Assembly: GCA_963704725.1 (NCBI GenBank)
Contig: OY969934.1
Location: forward strand, 3,296,001-3,360,000
Direction: 5' to 3'
From: an uncultured Actinomycetes bacterium
GTDB taxonomy: Bacteria > Actinomycetota > UBA4738 > HRBIN12
DNA length: 64,000 nt
Shown here piece by piece: positions 29,841 to 38,013 of the stretch. The notes below the pieces were generated by a model. The model did not search any database. It was not told the origin of the DNA and saw nothing but the letters and a program-made list of their open reading frames with translations. How positions within the stretch are numbered: position 1 is the stretch's first letter; the number at the start of each line of letters is the position of its first letter. The position numbers and the translations under genes are program-made.

Positions 29841-30814
29841 GCGGGGCAGTCGGCCCGGCCGCTGTCCTCGCTCACCATGCACGACGACTCGTCGACGGCC
29901 TCGAACGCCGACGCGGGGATCGTCTTGAGCTGATCGAGCAGCCCGTTTCGCCAGTGGTGGTCGCGGGTCCCCTGGAAGTACCAATCGGAGCCGTTGTCGG
30001 CGACGATCATCCCATAGCGTTGCATCGCAAGAAGGATCACTCTCGCCTTCGCGCTGAAATCCGAGAGGTCGAAGCTCGACTTCAGCCGGAAGCGGGCCCC
30101 CATCGGGGGACAGTCGGGGTCGTCGACCCCCGCCTCGTGTCGCGCCGGCCACAGGTACGAATCCGTGGTGCACGAGACCGTGAAGCGGAGGGCGTGGGCG
30201 ATCTCGCCCGCCCTCACCTCGTCCCAGCGCACCAGCCCGGCCAGGATCGGCAACCCGGCGGCGTCGGCCGAGGTCCACGTGGCGGGCCGGAGGTCGTTCT
30301 CGTCGAGGTCCCAGATCGCCCCGCTCCCGGCCTCCGGGTGGCCGCCGTTCCAGTCGGCCGCGAACAGCTCGTACAGGCGACAGGTCCCGCGCTGGACGAT
30401 CAGCGCGTGACGATCCGAACCTCCCTCGACCGGCGTGTTCGCGTCGAACGGATACGGGCCGCGATCGCTCTCGTCGGCGTACTGGAAGGCGATGTGCACC
30501 TTCGGGTGGTTCCTCGGCACCGTGATGAACGGGAGCCCGTAGTTCGGAGGGCCGAAGTCGGGGTGCAGATCCGTCGACGCCGCGTCCGCCGATCGGAGCC
30601 ACATGTCGCTCATCTCGTGGACGGGCAGCGCGTCGATCCGGGTGTTCCAGATGTTGTCGGCGGGGAAGATCCGGCAGTCCGTGTTCGGCACGTTCCGGCT
30701 CACCGGCCGAAGGACCGACGCCGGCGCGGTCACGGCGGGCGAGAGCATCGCCCCGACGAGAGCCGCGCAGATCGCCGATCTCGAGATGGCCCTCACGATC
30801 GATCCCATCGGCAT
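29837..30814 (-). CDS. Secreted conserved hypothetical protein
   Basis: Signal peptide; FPADNIWN, SDRGPYP, DRH, WTSADAAGLP, YGMIVADNG. Confidence 0.75.
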   Translation of the reverse strand: MPMGSIVRAISRSAICAALVGAMLSPAVTAPASVLRPVSRNVPNTDCRIFPADNIWNTRIDALPVHEMSDMWLRSADAASTDLHPDFGPPNYGLPFITVPRNHPKVHIAFQYADESDRGPYPFDANTPVEGGSDRHALIVQRGTCRLYELFAADWNGGHPEAGSGAIWDLDENDLRPATWTSADAAGLPILAGLVRWDEVRAGEIAHALRFTVSCTTDSYLWPARHEAGVDDPDCPPMGARFRLKSSFDLSDFSAKARVILLAMQRYGMIVADNGSDWYFQGTRDHHWRNGLLDQLKTIPASAFEAVDESSCMVSEDSGRADCPA

Positions 30815-30945
30815 CTCCCGGGCAAGGACTTGACCCGTTCCCACCGTCGTCGTGCCCTCGACGGCGTCCTCGCGACATCGTGTCACACGATCGGTTCGTG
30901 GTGACGCCCGACGGGAAGGACGTCGAGCACCCCGATGTGGAGTCG

Positions 30946-31017
30946 AGCCGGCGGTCGGAATCGAACCGACGGCCACCCGCTTACAAGGCGGGCGCTCTGC
31001 CCCTGAGCTACGCCGGC
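30946..31017 (-). tRNA. tRNA-Thr(TGT)
   Basis: GCCGGCGTAGCTCAGGGGCAGAGCGCCCGCC-TTGTAA-GCGGGTGGCCGTCGGTTCGATTCCGACCGCCGGCT cloverleaf; CCA not encoded. Confidence 0.96.
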
Positions 31018-31089
31018 GCTCGGCGCCGAGCATACGCGGTGGCACCGCGAACCCGGCAGGACCGCGGTGGGTATCCCGCGCGCGAACGG

Positions 31090-31833
31090 CTACGTGCGGC
31101 GATCGTCGACCGGGCGGAGGACGAACGCGTACAGGAGCGCGGCGAGGGCGGCCGAGGCGTTGAGCGACCCGACGCTGCCGCGCATGGGGAGCGACACGAG
31201 CACGTCGCAGGCCTCTCGCGCGAGCCGTGACATCCCCTCGCCCTCCGATCCGAGCACGACCGCGATGCGGCCCTGCGGCCGGGGCGCCTCGTACACGCTG
31301 AGGTCCGATCGCTCGTCCAACCCGACGACCGTGAACCCGGCGTCCTTCAGACGGTCCAGCGCGCGAGCGACGTTGGCGACCCGCGCGTGCGACAGGTGCA
31401 GCAGCGCTCCCGCCGACGCCCGCACCGCCGCCGGGGTCACGTCCGCGGAACGGCGGCTGCGCGTCACGAGCATCGCCGCGCCCGCGGCCTCGGCCGACCG
31501 CGCGGCCGCCCCGAGGTTCTGCGGGTCCGAGATCCCGTCCAGCACGACCACGAGCGCGTCGTCCTCGAACGGCCATCGCGCCAGGTCCCGCTCGCCCACC
31601 GGCTCGGGCGCCCGAACCCGGGCCACGACCCCGTGGTGATCCTCGGCCAGCGCGTCGAGCTCCGCGACGGACACCTCGCGAAGCGGCACCCCCCGCCGCT
31701 CCGCGGCCTCGAGGATGTCCCGGAGGGCCGGCGTCTCCCGAGCGCCGCGGTCGATCAGCGCCTCGGAGGCGCGACCGGCCCGGATCGCCTCCAGCACGGG
31801 GCGCCGGCCGGCGACGACGCCGCCGCGGCTCAC
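31090..31833 (-). CDS. rlmB: 23S rRNA Gm2251 methyltransferase
   Basis: GRRPVLEA, DPQNLGA, GSEGEG, SLNAS (SPOUT). Confidence 0.92.
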   Translation of the reverse strand: MSRGGVVAGRRPVLEAIRAGRASEALIDRGARETPALRDILEAAERRGVPLREVSVAELDALAEDHHGVVARVRAPEPVGERDLARWPFEDDALVVVLDGISDPQNLGAAARSAEAAGAAMLVTRSRRSADVTPAAVRASAGALLHLSHARVANVARALDRLKDAGFTVVGLDERSDLSVYEAPRPQGRIAVVLGSEGEGMSRLAREACDVLVSLPMRGSVGSLNASAALAALLYAFVLRPVDDRRT

Positions 31834-32306
31834 TCGCCGCGCAGGACCGCGAGGGCCAGGCATCCGATCCCATCTCCGACGAGGCCCAGCCCCTCGGGCC
31901 GGGTCGCCTTGACCGACACGCGGGACACATCCACGCCGAGCGCCGACGCGAGGTGGCTCCGCATCTCGTCTCGCACCGGGGCGATCGCCGGGCGCTCGGC
32001 GACGACGGTGAGGTCCGCCGCGTCGGGCCCGAAGCCGGCCGCGCGGACCAGCTCGACCGTTCGGGCGAGCAGGTCGAGGCCGGTGATCCCCGCGCTGCGC
32101 GGGTCGGTGTCGGGGAAGTGCTCGCCCACGTCGCCCAGCGCGGCCGCGCCGAGCAGCGCATCGGCGAGCGCGTGGCACACGGCGTCGCCGTCGGAGTGCC
32201 CGGCGAGGCCGTCCTCCCCCTCGAAGCGCACCCCGCCGAGCATGAGCGGGCGCCCGGCCGCCCACCGATGGGTGTCGAAGCCGATGCCCGTCCGCCGCTC
32301 AGCCAT
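31830..32306 (-). CDS. ispF: MECDP synthase
   Basis: GFDTH, GHSDGDAVCHA, GDVGEHFP, VKAT. Confidence 0.96.
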   Translation of the reverse strand: MAERRTGIGFDTHRWAAGRPLMLGGVRFEGEDGLAGHSDGDAVCHALADALLGAAALGDVGEHFPDTDPRSAGITGLDLLARTVELVRAAGFGPDAADLTVVAERPAIAPVRDEMRSHLASALGVDVSRVSVKATRPEGLGLVGDGIGCLALAVLRGE

Positions 32307-32982
32307 CGGCAGCCCGGGACAGGAACGCCTCGGCGCGCGCGAGGTCATCGGGGGTCGTGATCTTGACGTTGCCCGGCTCGCCGGGGATCGCTCGCACTCG
32401 GTAGCCGGCGATCTCCAGGACCGCCGCGTCGTCCGTGACCTCGACGCCATCGCGCTCGGCGCGCGCATGGGCGTCCCGGAGCGCCGTCCCGACGAACGCC
32501 TGCGGCGTCTGCGCGAGCGCGAGGGGTTCGCGAGGCTCGGTGCCCTCGATCGCGTCGCCGCGGACGCGCTTGACCGTGTCGGCGACGGGGACGACCGGGA
32601 CGACCCCGTCCCAACCCTCGAGCGCCTCCAGGACCCTCGTCCACAGGCGCGCCGACGCGAGCGCCCGAGCCGCGTCGTGGCAGGCGATCGCGAAGGCGTC
32701 GCCCGGGATCGCCGCCAGCGCCGCGCGAACCGAGGCCTGGCGCGTCGCGCCCCCGGCGACGACCGCGTGCACGCCGAGCGGCTCCACGATCGCCCGGGCC
32801 GCCTGCTCCCAGCCCGCCGGGACCGCGACCACGACCGACGCCACGGAGCGGCTCGCGCAGGCGGACGCCACGGCGTGCGCCAGGAGGGGACGGCCGGCGA
32901 GGGGGACGAACGCCTTCGGGGTATCGAGGCCGAGCCGGTCGCCGGTGCCGGCGGCGAGCACGATCGCGACGGCGCCGTCCAC
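32299..32982 (-). CDS. ispD: MEP cytidylyltransferase
   Basis: AAGTGDRLG..PKA, HDAAR, QTPQ, TDD, KIT. Confidence 0.96.
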   Translation of the reverse strand: MDGAVAIVLAAGTGDRLGLDTPKAFVPLAGRPLLAHAVASACASRSVASVVVAVPAGWEQAARAIVEPLGVHAVVAGGATRQASVRAALAAIPGDAFAIACHDAARALASARLWTRVLEALEGWDGVVPVVPVADTVKRVRGDAIEGTEPREPLALAQTPQAFVGTALRDAHARAERDGVEVTDDAAVLEIAGYRVRAIPGEPGNVKITTPDDLARAEAFLSRAADG

Positions 32983-32992
32983 GGCGCGCAGC

Positions 32993-34042
32993 CTACTGGA
33001 GGTTCGCGAAGACCATCCGGCCGGTCGCGGTCCTGATCACGTTGCGAACGAGCACGACCACGGTGCTCCCGATCTGCTCGCCGGCGGTCTCGACCACGAC
33101 CATCGTGCCGTCCTCGAGGTACCCGACCGCTTGCCCGAACTCGCGCCCCGCCTTGACGAGCTCGACCTCCAGCTGGTCGCCGGGCACCACGGGGAGCCGG
33201 AAGGCCAGGGCCAGGTCGTTCAGGCTGGGAACGGGGATCGAGAGCGCCTGGGCCACCTTCGCCAGGTTGAAGTCGGTCGTGATCAGCGAGGCGCCGCGAT
33301 CGCGGGCCAGCGCGACCAGCGCTGCGTCCACGTCGGGGACGCCGTCCTCCTCGACGAGGTGAACGTCGACGGTGGCCTCGCGCTTGAGCTGGGCCACCGT
33401 GTCAAGGCCGCGGCGGCCGCGCGAACGCCGCTTCGTGTCCGAGGAGTCCGCGATGGCCTGGAGCTCCCGCAGCACCCCGGTGTGAACGAGGAGGTCCCCC
33501 GACAGGAACCCCGTCTTCACCAGGTCGAGCACCCGCCCGTCGACCAGCGCGCTGGTGTCGATCACGCTGACCTCTCCGCGAGAGACCCCGGCCGCCCGCG
33601 GCTTCAGGCCGATCAGGCCGAACAGGTCGTCGTTCTTCGTCCGTCCGACGCGGAAGCCCGCGTAGCCGAGCGTCACGTACGTGAACGCCACGGACGTCCA
33701 GGCCGCGAGGGGGGGAAGCCGGAACACGGGCACGGAGACCAGGGCGGCGATCACCAGCCCGATGATGAGGCCGGCCAGACCGGCCACGATCTCGGCGGCC
33801 GGGACGCGGCGGAGCTCCTCCTCCATCGTCCGGACCGCGTTGGCGGTCTGCCGCCCGAGCACGCCACCGAGCACGAACCCCGTGGACGATCCCAGGACGA
33901 CGCCGACGATCGTCTTCGAGGTGTTCGGATCCCGAACGTGGGTGCCGATCGTGAAGCCGGCCACGGTGAACAGCAGGACCATGATCAGCCGGACGAACTC
34001 GACGAGCCGGCCCCTCGGCAGACGCTCGCGGTCGCCCGCCAC
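32993..34042 (-). CDS. PIN/TRAM domain membrane protein (YacL family; start uncertain)
   Basis: 4 TM, DTSALVDGR, RGRRGL, TTDFNL, GYLEDGTMVVVE. Confidence 0.92.
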   Translation of the reverse strand: MAGDRERLPRGRLVEFVRLIMVLLFTVAGFTIGTHVRDPNTSKTIVGVVLGSSTGFVLGGVLGRQTANAVRTMEEELRRVPAAEIVAGLAGLIIGLVIAALVSVPVFRLPPLAAWTSVAFTYVTLGYAGFRVGRTKNDDLFGLIGLKPRAAGVSRGEVSVIDTSALVDGRVLDLVKTGFLSGDLLVHTGVLRELQAIADSSDTKRRSRGRRGLDTVAQLKREATVDVHLVEEDGVPDVDAALVALARDRGASLITTDFNLAKVAQALSIPVPSLNDLALAFRLPVVPGDQLEVELVKAGREFGQAVGYLEDGTMVVVETAGEQIGSTVVVLVRNVIRTATGRMVFANLQ

Positions 34043-34178
34043 GCGAGCGCGCAGGCGGCGGCCGGTTCTCGAGCGAGCACCCTGGACGAGCATCTCCCAT
34101 GATGCCTCGACCACGGGCCGCCCGGACTTGACCGAACGCCGCGTCGAATCCCCCGGCGGGGGAGGCCGGAAGCCGGTC

Positions 34179-34691
34179 TCAGGCCTGAGCGGCCATGGCG
34201 CGGGCGCCGTGGGAGTCGTCGAGGACCTTGTCGATCATTGCCTCGGCCTTCTCCTCGTCGCCGCCGGTCGCGTAGGTGAGCTCGGAGATCAGGATCTGGC
34301 GGGCCTTGGTGATCATGCGCTTCTCGCCGGCCGAGAGACCGCGCTCGCGCTCGCGGATCGACAGGTTCCGGACCACCTCGGCCACCTGGTAGATGTCCCC
34401 GGAGCGCAGCTTCTCGATGTTGTTCTTGAAGCGCCGGCTCCAGTTGGCGGCCATCTTGGACTCGTCCTCCTTGAGGACGTTCAGGACCTTCTTGACCTCG
34501 TTCTTGCCGACGACCGAGCGAAGGCCGACCTCGTCGGTGCTGTCGATCGGGACCATGAGGGTGAGGTCTCCGTAGGAGACCCGGAGCTTGAAGTACTTGC
34601 GCTTCTCGCCCATGAACTCCCGGACGCAGAGGTCCTCGATCACTGCTGCGCCGTGCTCCGGATGCACAACGGTGTCACCTTTGCGGAACAC
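34179..34691 (-). CDS. carD: CarD transcription factor
   Basis: FRKGDTVVHPEHG, NWSRRFK, GLSAGEKRM. Confidence 0.96.
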   Translation of the reverse strand: MFRKGDTVVHPEHGAAVIEDLCVREFMGEKRKYFKLRVSYGDLTLMVPIDSTDEVGLRSVVGKNEVKKVLNVLKEDESKMAANWSRRFKNNIEKLRSGDIYQVAEVVRNLSIRERERGLSAGEKRMITKARQILISELTYATGGDEEKAEAMIDKVLDDSHGARAMAAQA

Positions 34692-34840
34692 AAGACCCCC
34701 TCGGATCGACGGCTGGCCGTGGCTGGCAAGAGCCAGAGTAGCACGCAGACGGCCCGCCCCGCAAATCAAAAGCCCTGGTCAGAGGCTCTTTTCCCTCGCT
34801 TTCGGCCCATTTCGGCGGGCCGTTTGCCGGGCCCGAAGGG

Positions 34841-36157
34841 CTACCCGGACACTGCAGGGGCCCAGGTCAGCGCGTCTTTGAGGTGCCGGACGGCGCGCAC
34901 GTCGACTCCCTCCACGGGGGGCGTTCCCACGGGCGCGAAGACCGTGAGGAGACCGGCCGCCCGGGCCGCGGCGAGGCGCGTGGCCATGGCCCCGCCCGGT
35001 CTGAGGAGACCCGTGAGCCCGACCTCTCCCACGAACGCCGAGCCGTCCGGCGTCGGCACCCCGGTGGCCGCCGAGGCGATCGCCGCCGCGATCGCGAGAT
35101 CGCAGGCCGGGTCGTCGATCCTCACGCCCCCCGCGGAGGCCCCGAACACGTCCGAGCCGCCCACCCGGACCCCCGCCCGATCGAGGACCGCCGCGACCAG
35201 CTGGAACCGGCGTGGGTCCAGCCCGGTGACCTGCCGGCGGGTCGGAGGGGTCGACGGGACTACCAGCGCCTGGACCTCGGCGGCCAGGGCGCGGCGTCCG
35301 GCCTGGGGAAGCGCCACCGCCGCCCCGGGCTCGCCCTGCCCCGACAGGAGCAGCCCGGTCGGATCCAGCTCTCGGAGGCCCTGGAGGGTCATCTCGAACC
35401 ACGCGACCTCTCCCTCGGCCCCGAAGCGGTTCTTGCCACCCGTCAGCATCCGCAGACCCGAGCGCGGATCGCCGTCGAACGTCAGGACGACGTCCACCGC
35501 GTGCTCGAGCGTGCGGGGGCCGGCGACGTCCCCGTCCTTGGTGACGTGTCCGGTGAGCAGCACCGCGATCCCCTCGCTCTTGGCCAGGCCCACGAGCGCG
35601 TCCGCGCACGCCCGCACCTGCGCCGGCCCGCCGGGAACCTGGGTCCCCGCCGGGTCGCGCAGCGACTGGATCGAGTCCACTGCGAGCAGGAACGGGCGCG
35701 TGGCCCGGGCCGCCTCGAGGAGCTCCGGCAGCTCCCGGCCGGGGACGAACGCGACCGCGCCGCCGTCCAGGCCGAGCCGCCTCGCCCGCGCCGCGACCTG
35801 ATGCCGCGACTCCTCACCCGAGGCGAGCAGGCAGGAGAGCCCGGCAGCCGACAGGTTCGCCACCAACTGGAGGAGAAGGGTCGACTTGCCGATGCCGGGC
35901 TCGCCCGCGAGGAGGGCGACGGTGCCGGGGACGAGGCCGCCGCCGAGGACGCGGTCCACGCCCGCCAGACCGGTCGCGATCCGCCGGTCGTCCTCGGCCT
36001 CGTGCTCGAGCGTCCCGAGCGCGATCGAACCCTGAGCCGTGCCGCCGGCCCGCTCCTCGATCGTTCCCCAGGCTCCGCAGCCGGGGCAGCGCCCAGCCCA
36101 CTGGGCCAACTGCTGCCCGCATTCCCGGCACGAGAGCACCGTCCGCACCTTGCCCAC
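34841..36157 (-). CDS. radA: DNA repair protein RadA/Sms
   Basis: CxxC...CxxC finger, GEPGIGKST, GHVTK, KNRFG. Confidence 0.96.
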   Translation of the reverse strand: MGKVRTVLSCRECGQQLAQWAGRCPGCGAWGTIEERAGGTAQGSIALGTLEHEAEDDRRIATGLAGVDRVLGGGLVPGTVALLAGEPGIGKSTLLLQLVANLSAAGLSCLLASGEESRHQVAARARRLGLDGGAVAFVPGRELPELLEAARATRPFLLAVDSIQSLRDPAGTQVPGGPAQVRACADALVGLAKSEGIAVLLTGHVTKDGDVAGPRTLEHAVDVVLTFDGDPRSGLRMLTGGKNRFGAEGEVAWFEMTLQGLRELDPTGLLLSGQGEPGAAVALPQAGRRALAAEVQALVVPSTPPTRRQVTGLDPRRFQLVAAVLDRAGVRVGGSDVFGASAGGVRIDDPACDLAIAAAIASAATGVPTPDGSAFVGEVGLTGLLRPGGAMATRLAAARAAGLLTVFAPVGTPPVEGVDVRAVRHLKDALTWAPAVSG

Positions 36158-36226
36158 GGCGAGCGACGATAGCGACGGGGTCTGACACGCAGGTCGGACG
36201 CGGAGGCGACCGGCGGCGTGGCCGCG

Positions 36227-36232
36227 TATACT
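36227..36232 (+). promoter_or_regulatory. -10 element for the leader/RIO1 transcript
   Basis: TATACT ~50 nt upstream of the leader ORF. Confidence 0.55.
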
Positions 36233-36282
36233 CGGATGGTCCATCGATCAGCGAACGATCACGCGAGAGGAGGGATGAGCGC

Positions 36283-36336
36283 ATGGCGAAGGTCACCACC
36301 GTCGTGATGCCGCATCCCTCGGGGATCGCCGCCTAG
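36283..36336 (+). CDS. Putative leader peptide MAKVTTVVMPHPSGIAA
   Basis: Strong RBS GAGAGGAGGG 8 nt before ATG; 17 codons + TAG; followed by a terminator hairpin. Confidence 0.55.
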   Translation: MAKVTTVVMPHPSGIAA

Positions 36337-36370
36337 CGAGCCGGGTCCGTCACGGAGCCGCGCCGTCCGC

Positions 36371-36398
36371 AGCCGCCCGAAGGGGCGGCTTTCTCTTT
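36371..36398 (+). terminator. Intrinsic terminator/attenuator upstream of RIO1 kinase
   Basis: AGCCGCCC-GAAG-GGGCGGCT followed by TTCTCTTT. Confidence 0.7.
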
Positions 36399-36486
36399 GT
36401 CCTCCTACGGGCGTGAGGCCGTGCCGACGAACGTCACCGTTGCCCCGCAAGGCCGACCGACGCCAGCGATCGAAAGGAACCTCGCG

Positions 36487-37266
36487 TTGAGCGATCACGA
36501 AGAAACAACGGAAGGCGACGCGCTGTCGCACTTCGTCGACGAGGGTCTGATCACCGGACCCATCCGCATCATCAGGACCGGCAAGGAGGCCTCGGTGCAC
36601 CTGTGCCGGGCCAACCACTCGACCACCGGTGAGTCGCTGCTCGCCTTGAAGGTGTACCACCCGCTCGATCGTCGCGACTTCCGCGACGAGTCGCTCTACC
36701 GCGACGGGGAGTGGATCGAGGAGCGCCGCATCCGAGCGGCCCTCGACAAGAAGACGCGATTCGGCCGGCAGGTCCAGGGATCGCTCTGGGTGGACCGGGA
36801 GTGGCAGACGCTCCGCACCCTCGCCGAGACCGGTGCGCCCGTGCCCCGCCCGCTCGCCGCGACGGACGACGCGATCCTGATGACGTACATCGGGGACGAA
36901 GCCGACGCGGCGCCGCAGCTCCGCGCGTACCGGCCGGACGGGGACGAGGCCGAGGACCTCTTCCACCAGGTCATCCGTGCCGTCGAGCTGATGCTGTATC
37001 GCAACGTGATCCACGGCGACCTGTCCGCGTACAACGTGCTCGTGTGGGAGGGACGGGCCACGGTGATCGACCTGCCGCAGGCCGTCGATCCGCGGAAGAA
37101 CCGGCACGCGCCCGCCTTGCTCGAGCGCGACGTGGCGCGCATCTGCGGGCATTTCGAACGGCACGGAGTGCGTTCGTCCCCACCCCGCATCGCCGCGGAC
37201 CTGTGGACCGCGTGGCAGTTCGCGGACCTCGTCCCGGAGGAGCTCCGCGTGGAACTCGAGCTCTAG
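36487..37266 (+). CDS. RIO1 family atypical Ser/Thr kinase/ATPase
   Basis: TGKEASV, ALKVY, IHGDLSAYNVL, IDLPQ, LERDV; GAAAGG RBS before TTG. Confidence 0.92.
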   Translation: MSDHEETTEGDALSHFVDEGLITGPIRIIRTGKEASVHLCRANHSTTGESLLALKVYHPLDRRDFRDESLYRDGEWIEERRIRAALDKKTRFGRQVQGSLWVDREWQTLRTLAETGAPVPRPLAATDDAILMTYIGDEADAAPQLRAYRPDGDEAEDLFHQVIRAVELMLYRNVIHGDLSAYNVLVWEGRATVIDLPQAVDPRKNRHAPALLERDVARICGHFERHGVRSSPPRIAADLWTAWQFADLVPEELRVELEL

Positions 37267-37640
37267 CCGTCCCGGGCGCCGCGGAACTCGAGGACGTAGC
37301 GCCACGTCGAGCCGTCGCCCGCGTGCTCGAACGTCTGGAGCCTTCCGACCTCGCCCCCCGGCAGCAGCATCGGGAGGCCGACGTGCTCCGCGCCCGGCCA
37401 CAGGTCCTGGCGGGAGCGCTCCTCCATGCGGACCAGCGTGATGGGCTGCCGCCCGTCCGTCTCGAGCGGCTCGCACCACTCGGCGTCCTCGGCCGGGATG
37501 AGCTGACGGAACCGGACGAACCGGACCGGGGCGTGCATCAGGACCGCCTCCCCCGGCGACTTCCACGCCTTGCCGAAGAACCGCCAGCGCTCGCCGTCCC
37601 GGGAGGTCTCGACCGCCCAGCACTCCTCGTTCCCCAGCAC
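37263..37640 (-). CDS. Hypothetical protein
   Basis: TAGGCT -10 6 nt before GTG; DLWPG..HVGLPMLLPGGEVG motif; convergent 4-nt overlap with RIO1. Confidence 0.7.
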   Translation of the reverse strand: MLGNEECWAVETSRDGERWRFFGKAWKSPGEAVLMHAPVRFVRFRQLIPAEDAEWCEPLETDGRQPITLVRMEERSRQDLWPGAEHVGLPMLLPGGEVGRLQTFEHAGDGSTWRYVLEFRGARDG

Positions 37641-37733
37641 CCACTGAGCCTACCCAGGGCCCCGACATCGCGTGTGCGGGGCGCTCGGCCCATGCCGGTC
37701 GGCGCCCTCATCGTCCGCAGGCGCCGTGCGCAC

Positions 37734-37919
37734 TCACGTGGCCGCAGGCCTGCGAACGCGGACCGCGCCCGGCTCGCCCTCCACTCGCCGGACGAGCCGG
37801 CGCATCGCGGCGCGGCGTGCCTCCCGTCGCCCGGCGCGTAGCTCCCGGGCCCGGGCGAGGGCGTCCACCGGCTGGACCACGGCCTCGGCCACCGCAACCG
37901 CCGCGATCGAGGTGCGCAT
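37734..37919 (-). CDS. Small Arg/Ala-rich protein (61 aa)
   Basis: AAGGAGG RBS 6 nt before ATG; TAGCGT -10 and 18-bp site upstream. Confidence 0.65.
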   Translation of the reverse strand: MRTSIAAVAVAEAVVQPVDALARARELRAGRREARRAAMRRLVRRVEGEPGAVRVRRPAAT

Positions 37920-37978
37920 GTTGGACCTCCTTGTCGATCGACTGTGCTCGCAACGCTAGGCGCGGCCGTGGGCGTGAG

Positions 37979-37996
37979 CTAGCGGGATTCCCCTAG
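37979..37996. promoter_or_regulatory. Putative LuxR/STAND activator site, copy 1
   Basis: CTAGCGGGATTCCCCTAG; 20 bp from -10 TAGCGT (37953-37958, minus strand). Confidence 0.65.
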
Positions 37997-38013
37997 CGGG
38001 ATGGCCGACATCC

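Noticed and set aside
30946-31017. tRNA-Thr as an integration site for an island
   Set aside because: No integrase and no duplicate of the tRNA 3' end found in the window
32993-34042. PIN domain as a toxin-antitoxin toxin
   Set aside because: Membrane PIN/TRAM (YacL) in its usual radA/carD-ispD-ispF context; no antitoxin
34770-34790. CCTGGTCAGAG (and CTGACCTGC at ~58362) short intergenic motif
   Set aside because: Too short and too few copies to support a repeat family or operator from this window alone
36275-36307. Alternative leader ORF MSAWRRSPPS
   Set aside because: Its ATG directly abuts the purine tract; ATG 36283 has better RBS spacing
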